This document shows positions 1 through 11,527 of a stretch of 64,000 nt of DNA, one piece after another. Positions within the stretch are counted from its first letter, which is position 1. Each line of letters begins with the position of its first letter. The notes under the pieces are model-generated. The model was given only the letters and a program-made list of their open reading frames with translations, did no database searches and had not been told where the DNA came from. Origin of the DNA: Octopus bimaculoides (Eukaryota); contig NC_068981.1 in assembly GCF_001194135.2 (NCBI RefSeq), positions 177,108,744 through 177,172,743 of the forward strand. Reading direction: 5' to 3'. The translations under genes and the position numbers were made by a program.

Positions 1-1028
1 CAAACATTCTTGATCAACTCCTACCAATTCACACAATATAATCATCCTTACTTGTCGTAATTTTATCCAAATTCAGGCTACATCAATCTTTCTGCACTGT
101 TTATTTCTCGTGTATTTATCTACAGATAGAGTTTTGGGATGAACCAGTGACTCCTTTATAATTTTTTTTTTCTTTTCATATATGGACTGTCAAAATAATA
201 AGGCACTCTGCCAAGAGAAATGTCAAATGTTTCTATTTTGCAGTGGACAAGTATATATATTTTAAAGCAATGATGTTTAGCTATTCCACAAAACACCAAA
301 ATTTTATTTAATTTTTCTTATACTAATGCCTGTACTTCAGAAGGGACTGAATATTTTCTGATAATTCCATTCCCAATAGTCATAGAATAGCTAGCTCTAT
401 TCCCACATTGATATTTAAAATTTTTGGAAATATTCACGAATAACTATTGTATATGGCCTACTGCTATTTTGTTTTGGATTTTTTTTTAACATTTACATGA
501 TGAATAATAGAATATATTTGATAAATAGAGTATGTAACATTCATAATATCAGATCATCATTATAGTATAACTCATTAGAATATATAGTGTTATCATGATA
601 GGAATTGATATTTACTTACTCTTTTCCATTCCAGCTATATATATAGACCTTCTATAAATGTAATATGAATTTTAAACACAAACAATTTTGTGTTTATCTT
701 CTGCCTTTATAAATAAATAGATAAACTGAAATAATTGAATGTACAGAAATTTTCATAGTTTCAACTTTGGAATAGAAAGTGTATGAATATGATTTTGAAT
801 ATGCATTGATGAATAACATAAATTTTAACAATAGTCTGACTGCAAAAGAGATGACTAAGGCATTGAATGTCAGAAGCATCAGCTAGGATGTACAAAAGGA
901 ATAAATTTTTTGTAGTGATGCTGAATAACTCAGGCAAACTATTATCAGATAAAGCTTTGTCAGGCAGGGTTTATAACAACAAACAATATCAACTATTAAT
1001 TAGCTTTTCTTTACAAGTTCAGGCTTTC

Positions 1029-2216
1029 TACGAGGATCAGCTGAAAAGTTCATAGCCTGACTTTCTTCCATTGGTGTTGCAGTGCTTGGATCCCATTAGC
1101 GAAGAAGATTTCATCTTATTGATAAAAAGAAAGTCATCAACAGCAGATATGCCATCATCATCACTGTAATACTGGTTCCCAGCCAAGTGTTTTTTTTATG
1201 TTGGGGGACAGATGATAGTCAGATGAGGCCAAATCAGGAGAAAATGGACAGTGATCAATTAATTCAAAACCACAGTCATGCACAGCAGTCACTGAAACCA
1301 AGGACTTATGTGCTGGAGCCAAAACTTCTTTCGTCAGTTTTCCAGGGTGTTTGGTCTTGATAGCCTTTCATAACTGCCTCAGCAAGTTGACATAGTACTC
1401 ACCATTGATGGTGTAGCCCATTTGAAGATAGTCGATAAACACAATACCTTTTAAATCCCAAAAGCAGAGGCCATTACTTTCCCTGCAGAAGAAAAGACCT
1501 TGGCCTTCTTTGGAGCAGTTGAATTGGGTGATTCCACTGCATGGATTGTCTCTTTGTCTCTGGTTCAAAGTGATGCAGCCAACACTCATCTTGAGTTAGG
1601 AAATGTTCACAGAAATTAGCTGGATCTGTCTCAAACAATATCTGAATTTCCCATGATGTGATTAGCCTGGTGTGCTTTTGATCAGGTGTCAGAAGACGTG
1701 GAGCCCACCGAGCCAAAACTTTTGTCATGCCAAGTTCATTGTGTAGGATATTTTCAACTCTCTCATGAGATATACAATAGCATCGGCTATTTGACTTATA
1801 ACCAGTCACTTGTCATCCATCATAATGTGGTGAACACAATCGATGTTTTCCTTGGTGGTGGCAGTTGCAGGACGTCTAGACCTTGGGTCATCTTTAAGAC
1901 TCTCCATTCCTAAATTCAGCTGCCCACTTTTGTACTGTTGATGAAGCTGGAGTGTCATCCCCTAATGTAGCAACCATGTCAACATGAATATCAATGGGGG
2001 CTAAAGCCAGTTTCTGTAGGGACTTGATAACACCACGATTCCAGATTTTGTCGCTCCTAGTTAGATTTTGAAGTCTTCTTTGAACAGTCAGACGTCAGTT
2101 TACCTCAAAAGATACAATGCAGTTATTAATAAGTTGAAATTAATGCATCCAAGTTTTTACAGCTCTAGCATCACTCCTTCATAGTCAGCCTATGAACTTT
2201 TCAGCCCACCCTTGTA
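1029..2216 (-). mobile_element. Near full-length degenerate mariner (DD34D) DNA transposon
   Basis: TA at both ends. The 31-bp TIRs cgaggatcagctgaaaagttcatagcctgac and (rc) caagggtgggctgaaaagttcataggctgac match at 26/31. Minus-strand fragments WAPRLLTPDQK, FLTQDECWLHHFEPETKRQSMQW, IVFIDYL, PFSPDLASSDYHL and GIQALQHQWKK, with frameshifts. Confidence 0.92.
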
Positions 2217-2403
2217 ATTGGGACAGGCTTATAGTGGGTATCTATTATGGCTTTGAGCAGGGGTTCTCAACTATTTTTTATCTATGGATTCTTTTGATTA
2301 CTCTTATTCTGGTGGACCCCCATAGCCATTTGATGTCTAAAAACTAGTTTTATAGATCCTTCTTTCAAAATCCCTATTGTGTTTATCTCACATTCCCTTA
2401 TAC

Positions 2404-2632
2404 AGGCTGTCGTATATATGTATGTGTGTGTGTCTGTGTTTGTCCCCCCCCCCCAACATCGCTTGAAACCGATGCTGGTGTGTTTACGTCCCCGTAACTT
2501 AGCAGTTCGGCAAGAGAGACCGATAGAATAAGTACTAGGCTTACAAAGAATATGTCCTGGGGTCGATTTGCTCAACAAAAGGTGGTACTCCAACATGGCC
2601 ACAGTTAAATGACTGAAACAAGTAAAAGAGTA
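2404..2632 (+). mobile_element. 3' half of the abundant octopus tRNA/CORE-type SINE
   Basis: Matches the reverse complement of the fuller copy at 14147-14532 (cttagcagttcggc...gatagaataagtactaggctt...gactgaaacaagtaaaagag tail). Confidence 0.8.
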
Positions 2633-2745
2633 CTTATTTTTATTTTTGCTGCTTATGTTTGTGGATCTTCATAATTTTGTTTCACTAGCTAGGGTTGTTT
2701 AAATCATAACACTCAGTTTTGTGTCATTATGTAAAAGAATTTTAG

Positions 2746-2905
2746 GGCAGCGAGCTGGCAGAAACATTAGCACGCCTGGCAAAATGCTTAGTATTTCATC
2801 TGTCTTTACATTCTGAGTTCAAATTCTGCCGAGGTCGACTTTGCCTCTCATTCTTTCGGGGTCGATAAATTAAGTACCAGTTGTGCACTGGGGTCGATCT
2901 AATCA
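2746..2905 (+). mobile_element. SINE of a second family (ggcggcgagctggcagaa head), truncated
   Basis: Same family as 7832-8062; B-box-like gagttcaaattc followed by gtcgactttgcc...ggggtcgataaattaagtacc. Confidence 0.8.
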
Positions 2906-3403
2906 CAACAAAATAGTAAATTGGAGATCCACAAATAGTATTTTAAGGGCTCCTGAAAAAATTTTGCTTTAGATGTGTGTGTTGGTATGTATTGCAAGAA
3001 ACAGTTTGGTTTCTTTAATGTTTTACATAGTTCAACCTACACAAGTTAATGTGTGAAAAACAAAATAGAAATTTTGAAGGATGTTTCTATAAAACTAGAT
3101 TTTAAACAATGAATGGCTATGAGGGTCTACCAGAACAAAATAGTAATCAAAGGGGTCGATAGGTAAAGATTGGTTGAGAACCCCTGCTCTACATAGTTGC
3201 AGATAATAGACTCTCAACTCTTATCTAGAGTAGTTTATTCTCCTTGCTCATAAAATTGTGAATTACATTTTTGTTTTTATTTTCTCATCTTCAATTTCAC
3301 ACACTTTAACATCTACATTGATATGTTAAACAATGTATATTTATAATGGCAGTGTCTCTTCATGCTTGGAATTTGAGTTACAGCCACTACAAGTGTGTAT
3401 GTT

Positions 3404-3477
3404 TGTGTATACACTGACATACAAAAGTGTATGTAACATTTGTGTATACACTGACATACAAAAGTGTATGTAACATT
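3404..3477. repeat. Perfect 37-bp tandem duplication
   Basis: tgtgtatacactgacatacaaaagtgtatgtaacatt x2. Confidence 0.95.
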
Positions 3478-3605
3478 TGTTTTAGAATGTGCTCGGTAAT
3501 TTAGATGCTCTTTTATCCTCTTATATGTAGTAAATACACTAAAATTGGTATTTTCAGTTTATTACAGCTAACACGAATGACAATAAGTTTTTTTTTTAAT
3601 TCACA

Positions 3606-3843
3606 CTTTATATAAACTAATAAAAGTTACTCTTCAACAAATTACTTATAAGAGGTCATTTTTATTATTGACTACCCTGAATAAATGTTATAAATAAATC
3701 ATAGTTCTGATTTAGCCTATATTGGTGTCATTTCTGAATTGTCCAATATTATACAAGAGATTTTTGAGTTACCATATTTATAATGATTTTAGAACTCAAG
3801 GTTTATACAACCATGTTATCTTTTTCTTTCAGTTCAAATAATC
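3606..3843 (+). repeat. Copy 1 of an approximately 235-bp dispersed direct repeat
   Basis: Aligns end to end with 6070-6304 at roughly 94% identity by eye. Confidence 0.95.
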
Positions 3844-4268
3844 AGTGTGTAAGCTTCTTACATAGTTACAGCAAAAGTTTGTCCCTTTGGCTTAAATATA
3901 TCTTTAAAATATAACAATACCGAGAGTGGATTTTATGTTGGTTTACATTATTAAACTTAGATTATAACTGAATTTTGCGTAATCAATAGCTGAACCTGTT
4001 AAAAGTATTCAATAGACTCTTTTTTTTTTTTTTTTCAATCAATGAAAAACATGTTTGTTGTGGAAGAATCAGTGGGTTTTGGATTCAATCATATTCTTGT
4101 ATTTGGATATTTGGGAAGTACTTTTTTGTGTACTTCAAGCAGTGCTAAATGATCGAAGATTGAAGAACTAATATTGCATTTAAGTTGCATTCAGTAAATT
4201 TGGAAAACATCTGAAAAGTTCTCTCATAAACTTCTTTTTTTTTTTTTTAAATCACAGACAACTATTTT

Positions 4269-4716
4269 NNNNNNNNNNNNNNNNNNNNNNNNNNNNNNNN
4301 NNNNNNNNNNNNNNNNNNNNNNNNNNNNNNNNNNNNNNNNNNNNNNNNNNNNNNNNNNNNNNNNNNNNNNNNNNNNNNNNNNNNNNNNNNNNNNNNNNNN
4401 NNNNNNNNNNNNNNNNNNNNNNNNNNNNNNNNNNNNNNNNNNNNNNNNNNNNNNNNNNNNNNNNNNNNNNNNNNNNNNNNNNNNNNNNNNNNNNNNNNNN
4501 NNNNNNNNNNNNNNNNNNNNNNNNNNNNNNNNNNNNNNNNNNNNNNNNNNNNNNNNNNNNNNNNNNNNNNNNNNNNNNNNNNNNNNNNNNNNNNNNNNNN
4601 NNNNNNNNNNNNNNNNNNNNNNNNNNNNNNNNNNNNNNNNNNNNNNNNNNNNNNNNNNNNNNNNNNNNNNNNNNNNNNNNNNNNNNNNNNNNNNNNNNNN
4701 NNNNNNNNNNNNNNNN
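4269..4716. other. Assembly gap (N run)
   Basis: 448 N. Confidence 1.
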
Positions 4717-4954
4717 GACACAGTGTGACAAGGCTGACCCTTTGAATTACAGGCACAACAGAAACAGAAAGTAAGAGTGAGAGAAAGTTGTGGTGAAAGA
4801 GTACAGCAGGGTTCACCACCATTCCCTGCCGGAGCCTCGTGGAGCTTTAGGTGTTTTTCACTCAATAAACACTCACAACGCCCGGTCTGGGAATCGAAAC
4901 CGTGATCCTATGACCGCGAGTCCGCTGCCCTAACCACTGGGCCATTGCGCCTCC
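4717..4954 (-). mobile_element. tRNA-derived SINE, 5' portion (third family)
   Basis: The rc head ggaggcgcaatggcccagtggttagggc...ggtttcgattccc carries Pol III A and B boxes; the body runs into the gap. Confidence 0.8.
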
Positions 4955-5503
4955 TGACTAGAGTTACTAGATCCCAAATATAATGCACAGACAAATATTT
5001 GTAAAAAATTTACGAAATTTTTAGCAGTCTTCAGTTTGGGGATCTCTGCACTAAGATACTACATTCTCATTCAGTTCCAGTTATGGAACTCTGATGAATA
5101 ACTTGCTATATTTTGTTGTTATAAAAACGCAAATAAACCATTTTTTTGTTTAAATAAAGAAAGAAAAAGAAAAAAAAAGAAAGTAAGGCAAGATATGACT
5201 GAATTATTTGCTTGAACAAACCAGTGTGTAAAATAAATGTCAGTCTCTATGCAAAAGAGGAACAAATTAATCTTCACATTTATTCTTTATTTAAATAATA
5301 TATTCCTGTCAAAGCAATTTTGTTATTATAGGAATTTCATAAGTATTAGAACACCCATTAACATTTCAGTATAAACGTTTATTAGTAGATTTGAAACAGA
5401 ATGAAGCAGCAAACTTACATTGGGTACTGAGAGTATTTACATTCAAGAAAGATATTTTGTTAATGCCAAACTTGCTTGGCAATTTGAGGACAGATTTGTT
5501 TCA

Positions 5504-5718
5504 TTAACTCTGTAGCATTCAGATTACATTGACTAATGTAATGCTTATCTATTCACATTGTTTTGAATTAATCTCAGCTTTTAGATTTTGATGATGTGAT
5601 AGAGTTTATTTTTAGGATGATACAAGGTAGGTGTGAGAGGTCAGACCCTGTCAGATTGAACATAAGAGAGGTAGAATATTTGGGCCGGTTATGACTGGTT
5701 TAAATGCTAAAAGATTAA
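5504..5718. mobile_element. piggyBac-type MITE (TTAA-flanked)
   Basis: ttaactctgtagcattcag ... taaatgctaaaagattaa termini; alignable with the copy at 58288-58511. Confidence 0.75.
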
Positions 5719-5923
5719 TTTTGAACATTAAAGCTAACAGTGAGTCACAAATTGGTTGGGTTCTAACTGAAGGTGAAATTACCATTTTTTTTTTTGTACT
5801 TGAGTTTCATCTTAACCATTAGATGATATTGACACTCAGTAATGTGGTTATAATGAATTCAGTGTATTTTTTTAGGGGACAATCCTTCTATGTTTCAGTG
5901 AGGATTTTGGCTTAGATAAATCC

Positions 5924-6044
5924 AAGATTCCGTTATTTCACTTTCAGCACACTGGTTCTCATCCAGTTGTCAAAGTTAAGCAATGTCAAGCTTAGTTAGC
6001 ACTTAGATGGGTTACCACTTGAAAAACCTTGGTGTTACAAGCAT
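5924..6044 (+). pseudogene. Decayed 5S rRNA-derived sequence
   Basis: acactggttctcatcc...aagttaagcaatgtcaagcttagttagcacttagatgggttaccacttg...ggtgttacaagcat is colinear with the invertebrate 5S consensus as I recall it (ACACCGGTTCTCGTCC...GAAGTTAAGCAACGTCGAGCCCGGTTAGTACTTGGATGGGTGACCGCCTGG). Many differences are CpG-type transitions. Confidence 0.75.
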
Positions 6045-6069
6045 CTTTCTTAAAGTACTCCGAAATTTT

Positions 6070-6314
6070 CTTTATATAAACTAATAAAAGTTACTCTTCA
6101 ATAAATTACTTATAAAAGGTCATCTTTATTACTGACTACCCTGAATAAATGTTATAAATAAATCATAGTTCTGATTTAGCCGATATTGGTGTCATTTCTG
6201 AATTGTCCAATATTATACAAGAGATTTTGAGCTTCCATATTTATAACGATTTTAGAATACAAGGTTTATACAACCATGTATCTTTTCTTTCAGTTCAAAT
6301 AATCTTTATATAAA
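6070..6314 (+). repeat. Copy 2 of the approximately 235-bp repeat, flanked by an 11-bp direct repeat ctttatataaa
   Basis: ctttatataaa at 6070-6080 and 6304-6314. Confidence 0.92.
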
Positions 6315-7430
6315 ACTTAAGTCAATAATTGTAGTAGGCGGTTTGGAGTATATTTCAGTTGCATATTCAGTTAGTATCAATGGAAGTATTTCTATTAGTA
6401 ATGATTTACTAGCAGAACCGTGAAAAATTAACATTTTACAGATTTGTTTTTTGCTTCTATTTTGATGCATAAATTTATTCAGATCTTCATAGCATTATTG
6501 CAGTTATATTTCCCATTTTGTCCCACAGCTGAGATTGCTTAAAACATAACACTCAAACATGCTTCTTTCAATTTAATTTTCATAGTCAAGATTTGCTTAA
6601 AACATAACACCTGAACACATGAATGTTGTAACATGTAGCATAATATTACTGATTACTTTGAAATTTTACAGATCTTCAATAATTACAGAAACTGCCAGAA
6701 GCTATCTACTTATCCTCCATTATTACTAAATGATAAAACAAAATAAATTTTTATTTTAAAACATGAAATATAAACACTTATGCACCCCATTTCTGTAAAG
6801 CTACCCTCAGTGACTTGTGATCACACATTAGACAAATCTATTTGTTTATTAATAGAAGTTTTACTACAAAAGTTCTTGAGAAGCAACAAACAGCAAGTTC
6901 ACTTATTGTATTTATCTCAGTTGATTGCTCATCTCTCTGTTCAGTTAATTCTACTGTAAAATCCAGCAGCTTCATGCTTCTAACAAGTTTTAGCTTTAAT
7001 CTGCCTGAGTCATTACTATATGATTAGTAATGTTTTGGCATACAATTGTATTTGTTCATTATTGGCATAGACACTTGTCAAAATCAAAATAAACTTTTGT
7101 GATAGTTTGATATTCTGCAAACCTCATTATTTGGAAATTCATCCCATTACCTCAGTACTATGCATGCTTTTTGGTATTTCATTTATTGCAATCATTTCTG
7201 TTTTTTCTCAAATTAATCAATAATATATTATCTGCTTTATATTGACATATACTTAAAACATTTATGAACTGTTCAGAATAAACATAAATTCCATTGTCCA
7301 ACCCCAGTTATACCTCACTTGTTAGACTTCCTGATAGGTAATCCTAAAGTTTAGTATAATCAAGTACATATTCAAATGTAGATTAGTTTCTAAATAGCAA
7401 TAATTTATATATATATATATATATATATAT

Positions 7431-7740
7431 TTCAACGCCATCGCACTTCAGGACTAGTTACTGCAACAGCCTGGGTTTCAGGGGCCTACAGCTTTTTAAT
7501 ATTCTCCCAAAGAGCCTGAGGAACCTGCACAAAGTAGATGCAGGCATTTTAAAATCAAAGCTTGACCTCTTCCTGTCGAGAGTCCCAGATGAACCTACCT
7601 CACGGCAAGAGGTGCAAATGATTCTTCACCAAGTACCACATATTGGAGGAGGATCTCAGTAATAACAGTGTAGCAAAACGGCGGTGCATCACAGTGTAAT
7701 CCACTGTAAAATCAGTACAGTGTAATCCACTGTAAAACCA
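7431..7740 (+). mobile_element. CR1/L2-group LINE 3' end
   Basis: Translates CNSLGFRGLQLFNILPKSLRNLHKVDAGIFKIKLDLFLSRVPDEP, the post-RT C-terminus of CR1-like LINEs (LFN.LP...FK.KLD.FL..PDEP); short 3' UTR. Confidence 0.7.
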
Positions 7741-7831
7741 ACCATTATTACTTTTGTTCTGGAAATTTATTAAAAAACAAAAGTATGAAGGCAGTGACAG
7801 AGAATTTTGTTATCAGAAATGTTAAAAGAAA

Positions 7832-8062
7832 GGCGGCGAGCTGGCAGAAACGTTAGCACGCTGGGCGAAATGCTTAGCGGTATTTCATCTGCTGTTACGT
7901 TCTGAGTTCAAATTCCGCCGAGGTTGACTTTACCTTTCGTCCTTTCAGGGTTGATAAATTAAGTACCAGTTACACACTGAGGTCTATGTAATCGACTTAA
8001 TCCCTTTGTCTGTCCTAGTTTGTCTCTTCTATGTTTGGCCCCTTGTGGGAAATAAAGAAATA
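7832..8062 (+). mobile_element. Full-length SINE (second family) with target-site duplication
   Basis: tRNA-like head, B box gagttcaaattcc and (aagaaat)n tail; flanked by agaaatgttaaa(a)gaaa on both sides. Confidence 0.85.
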
Positions 8063-8293
8063 AGAAATGTTAAAGAAATTCTAAAGCAAAATTTACAAAA
8101 CTTGTGAGACCCCACTAGTAACAATTGAAGAAATATGAATGTAATTTTGGTTTCAGGTGTACATGTAGATTTTCCTCTGCACGTTTATGAAATATATGTG
8201 GATCACATTTATTTGTTTTTGTAATACAGAATGCTATGAAGAAAAATAAATGAATGCTTTTCTAAATAAAGACTTTTAATCTACTTTTTCCAG

Positions 8294-8441
8294 GTATTCC
8301 GTGGAAATCAAAATACTTATCGAGCTGAACTGCGTGGAGTTTCACCACCAATCATTGCAAAGCGCATTCGCTTCATTCCATATAGTGAACACCCTCGCAC
8401 AGTGTGTATGCGGGTAGAAATGTATGGCTGCCAGTGGGCTG
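8294..8441 (+). CDS. DDR: DDR exon A: C-terminal part of the discoidin (F5/8 type C) domain; first visible coding exon (gene 5'-incomplete in window)
   Basis: ttccag|GTATTC acceptor and GCTG|gtatgt donor. The 148 nt read VFRGNQNTYRAELRGVSPPIIAKRIRFIPYSEHPRTVCMRVEMYGCQWA, the discoidin C-terminal signature (RFIP...CMRVE.YGC). Phase 0 in, phase 1 out. Not in the supplied ORF track. Confidence 0.95.
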
Positions 8442-8465
8442 GTATGTATCAAGAACATTTTTTAT

Positions 8466-8680
8466 TTAACCCCTTTTAATACCACCCAAAGTTTTAACTG
8501 TATTAAAAATATGTTTAGGAGTTAAAATCCTCATCAAAATCTCTTTACAATATCAATTGGTATCAGAGATATACTTACACATTTATTGAAATTTTACTAA
8601 AAAAAAATGTCTTAAATTATCCAAAACCTTGATTATATTGAAAAATATTTGAAACAGACATTATTTCAGAAAAGGGCTAA
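8466..8680. mobile_element. Possible piggyBac-type MITE just downstream of exon A
   Basis: ttaacccctttaatacc ... agaaaagggctaa termini resemble TTAACCCTT ends; size about 215 bp. Confidence 0.4.
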
Positions 8681-10011
8681 AATATATTTTTGATAATTAA
8701 AAAGCTTTCTTTTCTACTTTAAACCGTTTTACTTTTTTAACTTGTCTCTTCTCCCTTAGTTTTATTTTCTCTTTCCGCCTTTATTTATAGTCCTTTGGCC
8801 TGCCAGACTTCTTCAGATCACTTTCTTTACTTGTGCTAATAATTTCAAAAAAGTAATCCAAACGGGTCAAATAGGTCCCAAGATAACATAGAATAAGTAA
8901 GTAGAGTTGTTGACTTAACACAACAGCTGGTTTGAAAGCTACAAAGTTAGGATTTGTGGGTGTTGAATTTACTCTTTTGAGAGTAGGTGGGCTAGTGATG
9001 GGCCATAAACTTAGTTGGCTGAGATTGCCTCTGTAGGAGTTGTGCCACTGCCCACCTGCTGCCTATTGTATTCAGTGGTACCAAGACAAAGATGGTGTCA
9101 AATAACGTTGACAATTGATGTCTATCAGGGATTAGATTTCAACAGTGTGAGATCCCCAAGGAAACCTGTATTTTTTAGTGCTATAGTTTTATACATTCAT
9201 TATATTTTCTCACACTTTATCCACACACTTATCTAAACTTTTTCTCACCTCCTCCTCTTTCTCTCATCACCCCCATATTACCTTTTTAATACAATGTAGT
9301 CACAATCTGTTATAACTGCTGACATATATAAAACTTTGAAGGACACTTAAACCAGTGGAAGAAGCTGTTCTTAGTTGTTCAGTTTTGAACTCTGACATAT
9401 TTAAGAGAGAACACTAAACAACAAAAATGTTAAACTCAAACCATTGAGACATTCATTATTGTTTTACCACTGATTTAGTTTACACTAACTATTTGATTCT
9501 CCATCTGTAATATTTCATTTATATTTTACCCCTGTCTTAAGAAATAAATGCAAATATGTTGTTTAAATTAAAAATAGGTTTAATACTAAAATCATTGATT
9601 AATTTATCATTTGTTATAGGTGTTTTAATAAAGCATGTGTACTCTGTCTCCAATAATATAAGTATTTAAAAATAAATTACTGACTAGCCATTATTTGTTA
9701 ATTCTTTCTTTGACAATGTACTGCTAATTCTTAAAAAAAAGAAAAGTTTTCAGATTTTCTGTAGTTTACCAATTTAGTTGGTATAATGATTCAGTGTTAA
9801 CATACTGGAGCTTTATATAACTAACTAAAGATAATTAAGCAATCAGTGAAAAACAATATTAATCAATGTTTCAGTTTTATCCTGTACTCATTAGAAAAGT
9901 ACACATTTCATTATAATTGCTGAAAGAGCAATGAAGCAACCACTAAGTAAAATGTATAAGATTTTATAGTTTGGCATAGAAAAATAGATTTGTTTAATTA
10001 AATAATTCAGA

Positions 10012-10400
10012 GTTTCATGGTTTGGGGTTCAATCCCATTGCATAACAACTTGAACAAATGTCTTCTACTATAGTCTCAGGTCAACCAAAACTTAGTGGAT
10101 TTGGTTGACAGAAACTAAAATAAGTCAATCATGGATATATATTATTATATATGTGCATGTGTGTGTTTGTATCCCCTTGCCTGGATATATCACATGATAG
10201 TTATAAATGAGCGTTATTGTCATACAAGAGATGTAATTCATTTCCAAAATTCTACAAAAACATGTCTGGTCATGAGGAAATATTGCCTTGCTTGAAAACA
10301 GGAGAGGGCTGGTAACAGGAAGGGCATTGAACCATAAAAAATCTGCCTCAATAAACACTGTCCAACCCCTTGCAAGAATGGAAAAATGGACATTAAAGTG
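10012..10400 (+). mobile_element. Degenerate CORE-type SINE head joined to an RTE-like tail
   Basis: ggttcaatccc...aaatgtcttctactatag...gtggatttggttgacagaaact head; ggaagggcatt...ccaacccttgcaagaatggaaaaatggacattaaag tail. Confidence 0.65.
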
Positions 10401-10411
10401 ATTGTGAAATA

Positions 10412-10450
<39 letters not shown>

Positions 10451-10475
10451 ACACATTCATATATATATGTGTAAA

Positions 10476-10533
10476 CACTATTGTGTTTTCCCTTTCTGTT
10501 ATCCCACTATTGTGTTTTCCCTTTCTGTTATCC
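10476..10533. repeat. Perfect 29-bp tandem duplication
   Basis: cactattgtgttttccctttctgttatcc x2. Confidence 0.95.
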
Positions 10534-11002
10534 CAGCATATAAACTTTTAACAATCTTCAGAACTTCAACAATTTTGCAGATGAAACATAGTTATTAACT
10601 TTAACTTCAAAACATTAAAGAGCCAGCTGTTTTGCTAAGATTTGTGGGAAATCCTTTGTCTCTTTAGGAAGATTTCTATCATAACTTTTCTACATAGGTA
10701 TCTGTTCAGTGTCCAGTTAAAAAGTTAACCTTATAAACAACTTTAAAAAAAAAGGTATTTACATCTTAGATTGTGTGAATTGAGCCCAGCACATCACCCT
10801 GTACGTGTCCATTGTTCTTTCTGCAAGTTTTTCCTGAATGCAGTATTTTTATCTGTTATAATGGATATGCTTAATTCTAGCATGTTAGTGTTTTTTTGTT
10901 CTCATAATTTTGATAAATTCTTATAAATGATTATTCCTATTGTTCTAAATAAAACAACATACAAGGTAATTTTTTTTTTTCTTTTGTCTTTCTACTTTGC
11001 AG

Positions 11003-11527
11003 ATGCATTATTATCTTACAGCATGCCTCAAGGTCACCAACGAGGCACTGAGCTAGAACTCTATGATTACACATATGATGGAATGAGAAAAGATGGTTAC
11101 CTTTCTGGAGGTGTTGGTCAACTTACTGATGGTTTACAAGGCAACAGTAACTTCCGCATGACTGACAGTAAGGGTCTTGGTGTGAAAGGTTATGACTGGG
11201 TGGGCTGGAGAAACAATTCGGATATGTTTAAACCAATTGAAATCATCTTTAAATTTGATGGAGTAAGAAACTTTTCTGAGGTGTTTCTCTACTGCAATAA
11301 TGCTTATAAAAAATATGTACGAGTTTTCCGGACTGCTCTGATTTCTTTTAGTAATGGAGGCAAATATTACAGAGATGAGATAAAATTTTATTACGTGAAG
11401 GACACTATTGTCGAGTATGCCAGAGATATAAGTATTGATCTAAAACACAACATTGGTAGATATATTAAAATGCAGTTGTTTTTTGAAGCACGTTGGATTA
11501 TGATAAGTGAAGTTCGTTTTGAATCAA
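11003..11527 (+). CDS. DDR: DDR exon B: DS-like domain
   Basis: ttgcag|ATGCA acceptor and TCAA|gtaagt donor; 525 nt, phase 1-1. Reads DALLSYSMPQG...YDYTYDG...GGVGQLTDG...GYDWVGW...WIMISEVRFES, typical of the DDR DS-like domain. Confidence 0.96.

Larger units (their letters stand above)
2258..3186. mobile_element. Non-autonomous hAT/Charlie-like element with long (about 125 bp) terminal inverted repeats, interrupted by two SINEs
   Basis: Both ends read caggggttctcaac (2258-2271 and rc of 3173-3186). Inverted similarity continues through gattact...tctggt.gacc..catagccatt...aaaa.ctagttttataga. The 8-bp TSD is not intact. Confidence 0.7.

Noticed and set aside
5081-5135. Hammerhead-like CTGATGA followed by an ataac/gttat stem
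   Set aside because: The essential GAAA is AAAA, there is no stem I/III and no PLE context; likely chance in AT-rich DNA.
1-8293. Search for the upstream DDR exons (signal peptide, GAWCP-containing discoidin exon)
   Set aside because: None found; they lie upstream of the window or in the 4269-4716 gap.
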